The notes under the pieces were generated by a model. It was not told where the DNA came from and searched no databases. It saw only the letters and a program-made list of their open reading frames with translations. From a virus (taxonomy: Duplodnaviria > Caudoviricetes): a stretch of DNA of 52,381 nucleotides. The stretch is taken from IMG/VR virus record IMGVR_UViG_3300015242_000254, positions 1-52,381 of that record. One strand, 5' to 3'. The first letter of the stretch is position 1. Every line of letters begins with the position of its first letter. Of this stretch, positions 1-9,186 are shown piece by piece. The position numbers were made by a program, and so were the translations under genes.

Positions 1-558
1 AAAGAGACGCTTGCGCACAATGGACGATGCCCGGTCTGCGGGGAGCCCGTCACGATAGGGGTCGAGCATCGCGTCGAGATGCTTGCGGACCGCAGCGAGA
101 CGCAGGCCCTTCCGCCGCCCACGGCTGGCGAGGTCTCGAACCTGGTGCCGCTTCCGGAGATTCTCGCCGAGCTCACGGACAGTGGGGTGGCCACGCGCAC
201 GGTCGAGCGCGGCTACGACCAGGCGATCGCCAAGCTCGGCCCGGAGCTCGCCATCCTGCAGTCGCTGCCGATCGAGGACATCGCGCGCGCCGGCAACTCG
301 CTGCTCGCCGAGGCGATCACGCGGCTGCGTGCCAGACAGGTCATCCGCGACCCCGGCTATGACGGCGAATACGGCGTCATCCATCTGTTCGAGGAGAACG
401 AGCTCAAGCGGCTCACCAGCGGCTCATTGCTGTTCGATGGACCGATCGCGAAACGAAAGACGTTTCGGCCGGCCGAGCCGACAGCGCTATCCAACCCAGC
501 GGCGAGTGATGGGGAGATCGAGCTCGCAAAGCCGCCGCAGCCGCTGCTGCGGGGATGA
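1..558 (+). CDS. Partial EndoQ-family (PHP + Zn finger) protein, like the N-terminal part of bacterial EndoQ-UvrD fusions; open at the 5' end and apparently cut off at the junction with phage DNA
   Basis: Frame is open from base 1: KETLAHNGRCPVCGEPVTIGVEHRVEMLADR...LVPLPEILAE...GPELAIL...AITRLR...PGYDGEYGVI. CPxCG-xxxT-xGVxxRV and PGYDGEYG are EndoQ hallmarks. Confidence 0.75.
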   Translation, partial: KETLAHNGRCPVCGEPVTIGVEHRVEMLADRSETQALPPPTAGEVSNLVPLPEILAELTDSGVATRTVERGYDQAIAKLGPELAILQSLPIEDIARAGNSLLAEAITRLRARQVIRDPGYDGEYGVIHLFEENELKRLTSGSLLFDGPIAKRKTFRPAEPTALSNPAASDGEIELAKPPQPLLRG

Positions 559-893
559 AGCTTGGCACCAACAACACCGCTGTGGCCAAGACTGGTGCGG
601 GTGCGGCGTTGGTGGCCTATCTGACCAACAGCCACCAGGCCTTCGACGCGACCTACCCGCAGTCCTCGCTCACGAGCGGTCGTGTGATCACCTACAAGGT
701 GACCTATGCGGCAGGCAAGGCGACGAGTGCGGCGACACCGATCACCGAGGTCGTGATCTTCCTCGACTTCCTCGCCGATGCCACCTCGACCGCAGCCAAC
801 ACGATTTCGCGCGCACTGCTCGCGGGCATCGGGTCCAAGCAGTCGACCGACACGCTGACAGTCACCTGGACGCACACTCTGACGGGTACGTGA
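555..893 (+). CDS. Phage virion structural protein, probably N-terminally truncated
   Basis: GMKLGT..TAVAKTGAGAAL...ITEVVI...ISRALL...KQSTDTLTVTWTH resembles a common actinophage minor tail/fibre-base protein; no RBS before the ATG. Confidence 0.55.
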   Translation: MKLGTNNTAVAKTGAGAALVAYLTNSHQAFDATYPQSSLTSGRVITYKVTYAAGKATSAATPITEVVIFLDFLADATSTAANTISRALLAGIGSKQSTDTLTVTWTHTLTGT

Positions 894-898
894 TAGCG

Positions 899-1210
899 AT
901 GACCCTTGTTCTGCAGGAAGTCAGCGAGAGTTATGTCGGTACGGCTACTGCTACCCCCTGGGGCTACGCACTCATCATCGAAATGAGCGCACCTACTGAT
1001 CAAGTAGTCCTAAGTGGTAGTTGGAATGGTGGTTCTTACTGGGACACCGCTCTGGAGCATGACGTACCAATTCCGGCCCCCTGGCATTCAGTGCCACTCG
1101 GTAGTCAGACTGGGTGGGAATTGATCTGGGATGTCACAGCGATCGAAGCCGAACACCCTGGCGTTACATATACCGTCGTAGGTCACGTCATCTGTGCCGC
1201 CGTCTCTTGA
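899..1210 (+). CDS. Hypothetical protein (103 aa)
   Basis: ATG at 899 follows the previous stop; it is the 3' part of ORF 83..1210 with protein-like composition. Confidence 0.55.
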   Translation: MTLVLQEVSESYVGTATATPWGYALIIEMSAPTDQVVLSGSWNGGSYWDTALEHDVPIPAPWHSVPLGSQTGWELIWDVTAIEAEHPGVTYTVVGHVICAAVS

Positions 1211-1291
1211 TCAGACTGACAAAGCTGACTCGCCATGGCCTTTCCGCTCATTCACGCCAAGCTCACCCGGCTGAGCTATTAGGAGATCGGC

Positions 1292-1858
1292 ATGCCCCTA
1301 CGTCCGACGTATTGCTCTCAGCTGAACGATCCACTGCTGGCCGCGAACACCATCGCGTCGTTCACCGGACCGCAGAACCTGATCAAGACCACCGGCAACG
1401 CCGCGTATGTGGCACAGCCGACGATCATTCCCGCGAACTACCTGAAGCCGGGGACGTGCATTCGTACGGAAGCTGGCGGGACGTTCACGAATGCGTCGAC
1501 TACCCCCACGTTGGTTCTCGGCACGTACTACGGCGCTGTCGCGCTAGGGGTCAACGTGGCGCTCACGGAGGCGTCAGTTGCGTCGGTGCAGTTGCCGTGG
1601 CGTCTGCGGACGCTCACTGTTGTCCGGGCCGCTGCGGTCCCGTCAGCGGTCGTGACGATCACCCACGGCGAACTGTGGTACGGCACGTCACTGTCTGCGG
1701 TGGTGCAGATCCCCATTCCCGGTATCGCGTTGGCGACCGTCAATGTCGACAACTCCGCCGCCGCTGAGTGGTCGGTGCAGGCCACCTGTGGCACGTCGGC
1801 GGCGGGCAATGCGATTACGTTGCATCAGCTCATTATCGAAGAACTCACGCAGGTCTAG
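1292..1858 (+). CDS. Putative virion structural protein
   Basis: AGGAG RBS; 188 aa, Thr/Ala/Val-rich; located in the structural module. Confidence 0.65.
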   Translation: MPLRPTYCSQLNDPLLAANTIASFTGPQNLIKTTGNAAYVAQPTIIPANYLKPGTCIRTEAGGTFTNASTTPTLVLGTYYGAVALGVNVALTEASVASVQLPWRLRTLTVVRAAAVPSAVVTITHGELWYGTSLSAVVQIPIPGIALATVNVDNSAAAEWSVQATCGTSAAGNAITLHQLIIEELTQV

Positions 1859-1882
1859 CCCTCTCCCTCAGAGGAGGGCTCG

Positions 1883-4873
1883 ATGACGGTTACTGAGGCG
1901 ACGCTCGACGCCGCCAACGGTAGCTTTTGGTCGGGCTACAACCCTCACACCACCGCCAGTATCAGCGTTCCTGCCGGTGCGCTGGCGGTGGTGGTGTCGG
2001 CCATCCGGGAGCTGCATGCCAACAACGCCTTCACCGTCTCGAACTCGGGGACGGCGCGGGTCTGGACGAGGCTGAATACCTACGCTCCGGCTACTGATCA
2101 TCTGGTCGTCGATTACTGGTACAACAACACCGGTTCGTCGGTCTCCATGACGGTGACGGTCGCCTACGTCAATGGCGACGGCTTCAACGACAGCGTCATG
2201 AGCTGGGTTGGCGCGATGCCGGGCAGTGCTGATCCGGCGGTGAGGCCACCGCGCATCGTCACCACGATCTCCAGCGCCTCCACCGCGCAGGCTTCGGGCA
2301 CACCTTCGGCTTCAGGTTCGATGTTCTGCCTGCACTACTTCCAGAACGCCCCGACCGCTGACGTGTCCAGCCTGGTCGCCGGGTCGGCTGTGGACACTTC
2401 ACCGGCCTCGACGTTCTACTTCAGTGGCGGTCCGGGCTCGATCGGCACGATTTATCAGAGCGCGATGAATACGCAGACCGCTAGCCCGGTCACGGTCGGC
2501 GCCACGTTGCCGACCTCTGCGCAAACTTTTGGCATCCTCGTCGAGTATTTCTCGGCCGCGCCCGTCGTCGCGAGCAGCGGCGCGATTGGGAGTGTCGGGA
2601 GCGGCACGCTTGCCGTGCCCGTGCCCGCTGGAGTGGCCAGCGGCTCGTTGATCATCGCTTACATCTATGCAGGTTGGTTCAACGCCGCCACCCCGACTAC
2701 GGCACAGTTCACTCCACCGGACGGCACGTGGACGATCAAGGACATCGTTACCCACGTCGTCAGCGGTGGGCAGTTGGCGATGATCGTGGCGTACAAGTAC
2801 GCCATAGGCTCGGACAGCGGTACTTACGCCTGGACGGTGAACGCGCTCGGCGGTACCGGTTGCTCGTTCTCGTCAGGCGTCGCTAGTCGGGTTACCGGCG
2901 GCGCGACGTCGGGTGACCCCTTCGCCGACGCGATCCAAAAGGGGTCGGCAGCCGACGGCTCCAGCACGGTCGCGGTGGCATCGTTCACGCCCGGCGGCGA
3001 CAACACACTGATGACCGGTTACTGCGACGATCCCGACAGCTCGCCGACCGTAACTGTGCCGTCCGGTTGGTCATCGGTCGTATCGAATTCGGATACGACA
3101 TCGGGTGGTTCCATTCTGGGCCAGGCGACACAGTCCACAGCCGCCGCTACGGGCACCCTGACGTTCACCAGCACGTCCTCGACGTACAGCAAGCTGGCCC
3201 TGATCGGCACCTTCCGCGTGCCCGTCGCCGCAGGTGGTGGAGGGGCGCCGTTCCTGGCCCCGCCGGGCTACATGACGCCGTGGGCGATCGCGTCCCGGGT
3301 GACACTCGGCCGTCGAACACTTGCATCTGATTTCGCAGCAGCGCCAGCCGATCCCGAAGGCATCACTGACGCTGCGACGCCGGTGCAGGACATGGTCCGC
3401 GCCCAGGTAGATCCCGAAGGCATCCTCGACGCAGCCGTTCCGATGCAGGGACTCGTCCGGTCTGCTGCTGATCCAGTTGGTCTTCTCGACACGGCTGTTG
3501 CCCAGCAAGATCTGGTGCGTCTCCCGGTTGATCCGGTTGGACTGCTCGATACAGCTTCCGTACAGCAGGGTATGGCGCGCACTGTCGCTGACTCCGTCGG
3601 GCTACTCGACGCAGCATCGGCAGTAGCTGACAACGTTCGGCTGCCCGCTGATCCGATTGGGCTTCTCGATACCGCAAGTCCGGTCCAAGGAGTCGTGCGC
3701 CAGCAGGATGATGCGGTCGGGATCACCGATGCCGTCAGTGCCAGCCTCACTAGCGGGTACATCAAGACCCAGGATGACGCGGTTGGTCTGCTCGACACAG
3801 CCAGCGCAGTACTCAATGCCGTTCGCCAGCAGGATGATTCGCTAGGCCTCGTCGACACCGCGACCGCACAGCAGGATCTCATCCGGTCAGCCACCGATCC
3901 GGTCGGTCTGCTCGACGTAGCCAGTGCCAAGCAAGACGTCGTGCGAGCGCAGGCAGATGCTGTGGGGCTGCTCGACACCGCGTCCGCGACCCAGGGGCTT
4001 GTTCGGCCTCCAGCCGACCCCACCGGCATCGTCGATACGGCTACAGCTGTCCAGAATCTGATTCGTACCCAGGCTGATCCGGAAGGCATCACCGACTCAA
4101 CTACAGCCTCGCTGAGTATGCCGCGTCAGGTCGACGACCCAATCGGTCTCACTGACGTTGCCTCGGTCGTCACCGACCTGCAGCGTGCCCCCGTTGATCC
4201 GATCGGCATCACTGACTCGGTCAGTGCGACGCTCACCAGTACGGGCGCTGCCACGGTCGTAGACCAGGTCGGGCTCACCGATTCGGCTTCAGCCAAGCTC
4301 GACAGCGTCCGCTCGGCCGCAGACCAGGTTGGACTCCTTGACGCGGCGAGCGCTGGACTCGGGTTCATCCGGACGCCTGTTGACCCGATCGGTCTGAGCG
4401 ACACGGCCGCCGTCACCCAGCAGGCAGCTCGCACGACTGCAGACTCGGTTGCGATCACCGATGCGCTCGCGCTCGACCGTGCGCTGCCGATGAACGACCC
4501 GACGGCACTCACCGACACCGTCACCGCGTCGTTGGGAATGAACCGAGAGGCTGATGACAGTCTCGGACTGACCGACTCGGCCACGGCCTTCCTCGACCGA
4601 GTGCGCACCCAGCATGATCCGGTCGGGATCAGCGACTCCGTCACAGCCGTCCTGATTCCAGGAGAGATCAACTACATCGGTACCCCGATCGATTCCATAG
4701 GTCTTACCGACTCGGTCGTCGCTGTCCTCGTGCGCGGTGAGATCTCGAAGCCACCGGACTGGCATGACCAGATCAATGGCCCGCTGATCCCGCACCGCGA
4801 TCAGGGCATTTCGTCGCTGCAGTGGCATGACCAGATAAACACCTCGGCCATCCCTTCGGAGGAAACCGAATGA
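1883..4873 (+). CDS. Large minor virion protein: N-terminal beta-rich domains plus ~23 tandem 20-aa repeats
   Basis: GAGGAGG RBS; 996 aa; C-terminal half built from D-P-V-G-L-L-D-type repeats. Confidence 0.75.
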   Translation: MTVTEATLDAANGSFWSGYNPHTTASISVPAGALAVVVSAIRELHANNAFTVSNSGTARVWTRLNTYAPATDHLVVDYWYNNTGSSVSMTVTVAYVNGDGFNDSVMSWVGAMPGSADPAVRPPRIVTTISSASTAQASGTPSASGSMFCLHYFQNAPTADVSSLVAGSAVDTSPASTFYFSGGPGSIGTIYQSAMNTQTASPVTVGATLPTSAQTFGILVEYFSAAPVVASSGAIGSVGSGTLAVPVPAGVASGSLIIAYIYAGWFNAATPTTAQFTPPDGTWTIKDIVTHVVSGGQLAMIVAYKYAIGSDSGTYAWTVNALGGTGCSFSSGVASRVTGGATSGDPFADAIQKGSAADGSSTVAVASFTPGGDNTLMTGYCDDPDSSPTVTVPSGWSSVVSNSDTTSGGSILGQATQSTAAATGTLTFTSTSSTYSKLALIGTFRVPVAAGGGGAPFLAPPGYMTPWAIASRVTLGRRTLASDFAAAPADPEGITDAATPVQDMVRAQVDPEGILDAAVPMQGLVRSAADPVGLLDTAVAQQDLVRLPVDPVGLLDTASVQQGMARTVADSVGLLDAASAVADNVRLPADPIGLLDTASPVQGVVRQQDDAVGITDAVSASLTSGYIKTQDDAVGLLDTASAVLNAVRQQDDSLGLVDTATAQQDLIRSATDPVGLLDVASAKQDVVRAQADAVGLLDTASATQGLVRPPADPTGIVDTATAVQNLIRTQADPEGITDSTTASLSMPRQVDDPIGLTDVASVVTDLQRAPVDPIGITDSVSATLTSTGAATVVDQVGLTDSASAKLDSVRSAADQVGLLDAASAGLGFIRTPVDPIGLSDTAAVTQQAARTTADSVAITDALALDRALPMNDPTALTDTVTASLGMNREADDSLGLTDSATAFLDRVRTQHDPVGISDSVTAVLIPGEINYIGTPIDSIGLTDSVVAVLVRGEISKPPDWHDQINGPLIPHRDQGISSLQWHDQINTSAIPSEETE
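3350..4712 (+). repeat. Degenerate ~60-nt (20-aa) coding tandem repeat, 23 units counted
   Basis: DPEGITD, DPEGILD, DPVGLLD, DPVGLLD, DSVGLLD ... DPVGISD, DSIGLTD, mostly at 20-aa spacing. Confidence 0.85.
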
Positions 4874-5223
4874 GCACCAGGCGCGGGCCACACATCATCC
4901 TGCCCGGCGGAGATGGCAGCCACGTGGTCCAGTTCCTCTACTGGGGCGGTCAGCCGGTGCCCTACGGTCTGGTGGATCGTCATCGACACAGCGACGGCGA
5001 CGGCTTCCACGGCGGGTACCTCGCCTGGCAAGATCCTTCTGACAGTGGAGAGATCTTGGTCCGGCATCAGCTCGCCGGAGGCGGCCCAGACGATCCGACT
5101 CACCTGAGCGTTACTCCTAGCCTCGCCTGCGCGTTCGCGCGCGGGGACGGGGAAGGCGAGCCCTGCACGAGCCACGGTTGGATCACGGAAGGGCGATGGA
5201 TCGATGCCGGAAGTAGTGCCTGA
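4870..5223 (+). CDS. Small protein with a DUF6527-like C-terminus
   Basis: ATGA overlap with the upstream stop; PTHLSVTPSLAC...CTSHGWITEGRW resembles the PT-x-x-PS...C-x-H-x-x-I-x-x-G pattern. Confidence 0.5.
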   Translation: MSTRRGPHIILPGGDGSHVVQFLYWGGQPVPYGLVDRHRHSDGDGFHGGYLAWQDPSDSGEILVRHQLAGGGPDDPTHLSVTPSLACAFARGDGEGEPCTSHGWITEGRWIDAGSSA

Positions 5224-5878
5224 GATCAAGACCGCCGAGGATCCGGACCGGATCGTGATGCTCATCGACCTCGACGTCTTCGACACCGAGCAGTTGGCCG
5301 AAGCAGCAGTGTCCATTGCCCGCAGTCGGATGCCGAGAGTGACCGGCTACATGGCCTCCACCCTGCAGCCGCTGGCCGGGCCGGGCTACTTCGGGATCTA
5401 CTTCCCCGATCGCAAGGTCTGGTTCATGGAGCAGGGCACGCGCCCACACACCATGCGCAACCTCCCTCGGGACAAGCCGATCCCGATGTGGGTCGAGGAC
5501 GCGGACGGGTCGCAGGCGCGCGAGATCCGCAAGCACTCCCGGAAGCCCCCGCAGACCCGCGTCACCGAGGACGGCCGCCGCCAGGTGCTGATCTTTCGGC
5601 GGGTTGCGCCGAACAAGAGCCGCAAGACGATCATGCGCGACGGCCAGCCCGTCAGCGTGCCGCGCAGCTACCCCGGCGCGCCTGGACGCATCTCGGCCAG
5701 GCGGAGCACCGGCAAGATCGCGACAGGCAACGTGGGGGTGCGCTGGCGCCATCCCGGCATCGCCCCACGCATGTTCCTCAACTCAGCGCTGGCAGACATC
5801 GCACTCGCCAACGGCATCGAGCTGGTGCCAGTCTACCTTTGTGACACTACGTCCTTTTTCCACCTAGTGAAGGGATGA
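5204..5878 (+). CDS. Neck / tail-completion protein (HK97 gp10-like virion morphogenesis family)
   Basis: FMEQGTRPH and VRWRHPGIAPRMFL motifs; position upstream of the sheath. Confidence 0.6.
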   Translation: MPEVVPEIKTAEDPDRIVMLIDLDVFDTEQLAEAAVSIARSRMPRVTGYMASTLQPLAGPGYFGIYFPDRKVWFMEQGTRPHTMRNLPRDKPIPMWVEDADGSQAREIRKHSRKPPQTRVTEDGRRQVLIFRRVAPNKSRKTIMRDGQPVSVPRSYPGAPGRISARRSTGKIATGNVGVRWRHPGIAPRMFLNSALADIALANGIELVPVYLCDTTSFFHLVKG

Positions 5879-5881
5879 TCT

Positions 5882-6553
5882 GTGTATCTCTCCAAGCTCA
5901 AGGGAGCCGTGGTGGAGGCGTTGCAGCAGACCTTCGCCGCGACGCCGACCGCCGACTTCAACGGCACCTTCGTCTCCATCGAGTACCCACTGGACAAGCA
6001 GAACTATCCGTCCGTATGGGTCAACTACGACGACCGCGACTCGCTGCGTATCGCCGGTATCGATCACCGCGAGTACGTGCTCGACGACAACGGAGGCACC
6101 CACGACGTCACCCGCTGGTTGTTCTCCGGCACGGTGACCCTGACCGCCGTCGCGCTGTCCAGCCTGGAGCGGGACAACCTCTACGACGAGCTGGTGCGCA
6201 TCTACGCCTTCAGCCGCATCGAGGACGACGCGACAGTCTTCCGGACCACCATCGAGAACAACGACTTCATCGGCGTGCTGGCCAACTGGGACGAGCTGCG
6301 ACCGGGAGGCGACTCGGCTGGTCCGGGCACTCCCTGGGGCACCGAGGATGAGGTCATCTACGAGAAGAGCCTCAGCTTCGACGTCGAGGGCGAGTTCGTC
6401 TCTGACGCCTCCACCGACACCCTCGTCCTGCTGTCCGCGATCCTCACCGAAGGCACCCCGGTCAACGACAAGGGGGTCACCACCGGGGTCGTGCAGAACG
6501 TGCTCGTCAACTCGGCCAGCGAGATCGCCTTCGACAACAGCCAGTGGCATTGA
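5882..6553 (+). CDS. Putative tail terminator / head-tail joining protein
   Basis: 223 aa acidic protein directly before the sheath; function inferred from synteny. Confidence 0.55.
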   Translation: MYLSKLKGAVVEALQQTFAATPTADFNGTFVSIEYPLDKQNYPSVWVNYDDRDSLRIAGIDHREYVLDDNGGTHDVTRWLFSGTVTLTAVALSSLERDNLYDELVRIYAFSRIEDDATVFRTTIENNDFIGVLANWDELRPGGDSAGPGTPWGTEDEVIYEKSLSFDVEGEFVSDASTDTLVLLSAILTEGTPVNDKGVTTGVVQNVLVNSASEIAFDNSQWH

Positions 6554-6554
6554 T

Positions 6555-6592
6555 CCTGCCTATGTGCAAGCTCGGACCCCCGAAGTATTGAG
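6555..6592 (+). promoter_or_regulatory. Putative phage late promoter, copy 1
   Basis: CCTGCC...GAAGTATTGAG; CTG at 6556 and GAAG at 6582 (26-nt offset); intergenic before the sheath gene. Confidence 0.55.
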
Positions 6593-6631
6593 CTAGGTGT
6601 CCTGACGCGAACGCAGAGGCAGGCGAGAAAA

Positions 6632-8125
6632 TTGGTCGACTTCCGGAGCGGGTATGTCCCGCCGGGCGTGTACGTCAGCACCGATTCAACCGGATCGGTG
6701 GCGGCTGTCGGCATCACCGACACCGTCCTCTGCTTGGTCGGGCGGGGTTTGGGCTACCAGATCTACACCGAGCAGATCAGCTTCGCCGGTGGCAACGCCA
6801 TGCCACTGACTCAGAAGGGCATCGACTCGGCTTCGGTCGTGGTGAGTGGCACCATCCCGGTCAGCGGCATCCCCACCCACGTGACCTTCCAGGTCGACGG
6901 TCCTTCGACTCCGCACGACTACAGCGTTAGCCAGACCGGGACGGGCATCAACAAGGTCACCACGCTGAATCGGACGACCTCCGGCCAGATCCCGACCACC
7001 GGCTCGGTCACGGTGACCTACCACTACACCGATGACACCTACTTCGCGCTGAACAGCTTCAGCGATTACGCCAGCTTCGAGGACGTCTACGGTGTCCCGT
7101 TCGACCCGACCACCGGTGGCCTGCTCAGCCCGCTGAGCCTGGCGGCTCAGATCGCCTTCCAGAACGGCGCCAACGTGATCTTCGCGGTGTCGCTGTCCGG
7201 CTCGGGTTCGGTGGTCAGCCAGTTCGCCTCTGCCTATCAGCTCACGCTGCCCAACTACGACATCAACGTCGTGGTCCCGCTGTTCGAGACGGCCGTGGAC
7301 GGCAGCACCGCGCAGAGCCTCGCGACCGGCCTGGTCAGCTACCTGCAGAACGCCGAGTCAGAGGGCTTCCCCCGGATTGCGATCGTCGGCCTGCCGGAGG
7401 CCTTTACCGGCGAGACGCCCGACGTGCTCGCCCAGCAGATCGACTACCGCCGGGTGGTGCTGGTCTGGCCTCCGTCGTTCCTCTACTACAACGCCGTGGT
7501 CAACGCCACCCAGACTCTGGACGGCATCTACTTCGCCGCCGCGTGCGCGGGCGTGCTCGCCAACCAGGACGTCAACCGAGGGCTCACCCGAGCCCAGATC
7601 CGCAGCTTCTCCGGGATCCCGGCCGCCGTACTGGCGAACATGTCCACCTCGAACAAGAACACCTGGTCTTCCAAGGGTGTCTCGGTGGCCGAGGTCGACC
7701 GCACTCAGCGGTTGGTCGTGCGTCACGGAGTGACCACCGACGTGTCCTCGGTGCAGAACCGCGAGATCTCGATCGTGCGCTGCCAGGACGCGCTGTTCCA
7801 GCTGATCTCGGTCAGCCTCAACCAGGCAGACCTGATCGGCGACCCGATCGAGGTCAACACCCCGCTCGCGGTCAAGGGCATCATCGCCGGGGCCCTGGAG
7901 ACGGCCCTGAGCAGCAATACCATCCAGGCCTACACGAACCTGCTGGTCCGGCAGCAAGCGCTGCCCAGCGGCGATCCCACGGTCATCGAGTGCACCTTCA
8001 GCTACTCGCCGACCTACCCGCTGAACTACATCACCGTGGTGTTCACCCTCGACCTGACCACCGGCGACGTGACCACCACCGACTCGGCCAGTGGCAGCTC
8101 GAACAGCAACCAGCCCGCAGGCTAG
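6632..8125 (+). CDS. Contractile tail sheath protein
   Basis: N-terminal YVPPGVYV; C-terminal GVSVAE...VRHGVTTD...REISIVRCQD...YSPTYPLNYI; 497 aa. Confidence 0.9.
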   Translation: MVDFRSGYVPPGVYVSTDSTGSVAAVGITDTVLCLVGRGLGYQIYTEQISFAGGNAMPLTQKGIDSASVVVSGTIPVSGIPTHVTFQVDGPSTPHDYSVSQTGTGINKVTTLNRTTSGQIPTTGSVTVTYHYTDDTYFALNSFSDYASFEDVYGVPFDPTTGGLLSPLSLAAQIAFQNGANVIFAVSLSGSGSVVSQFASAYQLTLPNYDINVVVPLFETAVDGSTAQSLATGLVSYLQNAESEGFPRIAIVGLPEAFTGETPDVLAQQIDYRRVVLVWPPSFLYYNAVVNATQTLDGIYFAAACAGVLANQDVNRGLTRAQIRSFSGIPAAVLANMSTSNKNTWSSKGVSVAEVDRTQRLVVRHGVTTDVSSVQNREISIVRCQDALFQLISVSLNQADLIGDPIEVNTPLAVKGIIAGALETALSSNTIQAYTNLLVRQQALPSGDPTVIECTFSYSPTYPLNYITVVFTLDLTTGDVTTTDSASGSSNSNQPAG

Positions 8126-8138
8126 AGAGGTCTGAACG

Positions 8139-8630
8139 ATGCCCAACCAGCAGGTACGAGTCGTCGGCTCGTCCTACTCGACCTTCACGTACTCGGGCAA
8201 GCCCATCGCGTACCTGGAGGGCGTGGAGGACTCGGGCCAGCGCGCCTTCTCCGATGCCGGTGCGGCCTGGCAGCCGATCCACCCGCTCGGCCAGCGCCAC
8301 CCGATCGAGATCGCGACCAGCCGCGTCCTGCAGGCGGGCACCCTCAACCTGACCATCCGCGAGCTGTGGAACACCGCCGTGTGGGAGCAGCTCTCGGGCC
8401 TCGCTGGCACCAACAACATCGTCGACATCTTCGACGTGCTCGCGCGCAATCCCGCGTTCGTCACCTGCCAGACGGTGATCCAGCCGCCCGGCACCGGCGC
8501 CAAGCCGCGCGGCAAGATCTACCACAACTGCGTGGTCGTCGACATCAGCGACAACGACACCATCACCGTCGGAGCGCTAGCGGTGACCAAGGGCATCGTG
8601 GTCGCCTACACCCACTCGACCAAGCTGTAG
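8139..8630 (+). CDS. Tail tube protein
   Basis: 163 aa directly after the sheath; GTLNLTIRELWN...YHNCVV; GAGAGG RBS. Confidence 0.8.
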   Translation: MPNQQVRVVGSSYSTFTYSGKPIAYLEGVEDSGQRAFSDAGAAWQPIHPLGQRHPIEIATSRVLQAGTLNLTIRELWNTAVWEQLSGLAGTNNIVDIFDVLARNPAFVTCQTVIQPPGTGAKPRGKIYHNCVVVDISDNDTITVGALAVTKGIVVAYTHSTKL

Positions 8631-8664
8631 TTCGACGAGGAGACACGATTCTGGAGGAGACCGC

Positions 8665-9186
8665 GTGACCGAGCCTGCGCTAGCCCCGATCGATGAAGCG
8701 GCGGCGGCCTTCACCCCGATGGTGACGATCCCCGACGATCCGCTGGAGGACATGCCAGCCCCGCTGGCCTCGGTTGACACGGACTTCGACGAGAAGCACC
8801 GGGAGGACTTCACCGGCCTGCTCTACCTGGGAAAGCTGGAGGAAGAGTGCACCGTTGCCGGTCACCGGTTCCTCCTGGCAACGCCCTCCCAGGACGACCG
8901 GCTGGAGATGGGCCCGCTGCACAAGCCGTGGGTCAACACGATCACCGGCGAGATGGCCTGGCGGACGATCTTCGTCGCGGCCTACCTGCGCAAGATCGAC
9001 AGCGAGGATGCGCCTCAGCCGTTGAGTCCGGCGAACACCGGACTGCGCACGCGCTTCGACTGGGTGCAGCGCAGCATCGCCTCCGACGTCGTGATCGAGA
9101 AGCTCTTCGAGCACTGCCTACTGGTGGATGCCCGAGTGCGCGAGCTGATCGAGGAGCTGGATGGCCTGGGGGAACCCTCAGCCTGA
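8665..9186 (+). CDS. Tail assembly chaperone (gpG-like)
   Basis: Between tube and tape measure; GGAGGAG RBS; slippery GGGGGAA near the 3' end. Confidence 0.8.
   Translation: MTEPALAPIDEAAAAFTPMVTIPDDPLEDMPAPLASVDTDFDEKHREDFTGLLYLGKLEEECTVAGHRFLLATPSQDDRLEMGPLHKPWVNTITGEMAWRTIFVAAYLRKIDSEDAPQPLSPANTGLRTRFDWVQRSIASDVVIEKLFEHCLLVDARVRELIEELDGLGEPSA

Noticed and set aside
1-600. Prophage attachment site
   Set aside because: The junction falls in the structural module, no integrase or tRNA target is nearby, and no att core repeat was found in the window.
1235-1282. 15-aa mini-ORF MAFPLIHAKLTRLSY
   Set aside because: No RBS and too short to support.
5163-5220. Fourth copy of the late-promoter motif (GAAGTAGTG at 5210)
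   Set aside because: It lacks CTG at the 26-nt offset and lies inside coding sequence.
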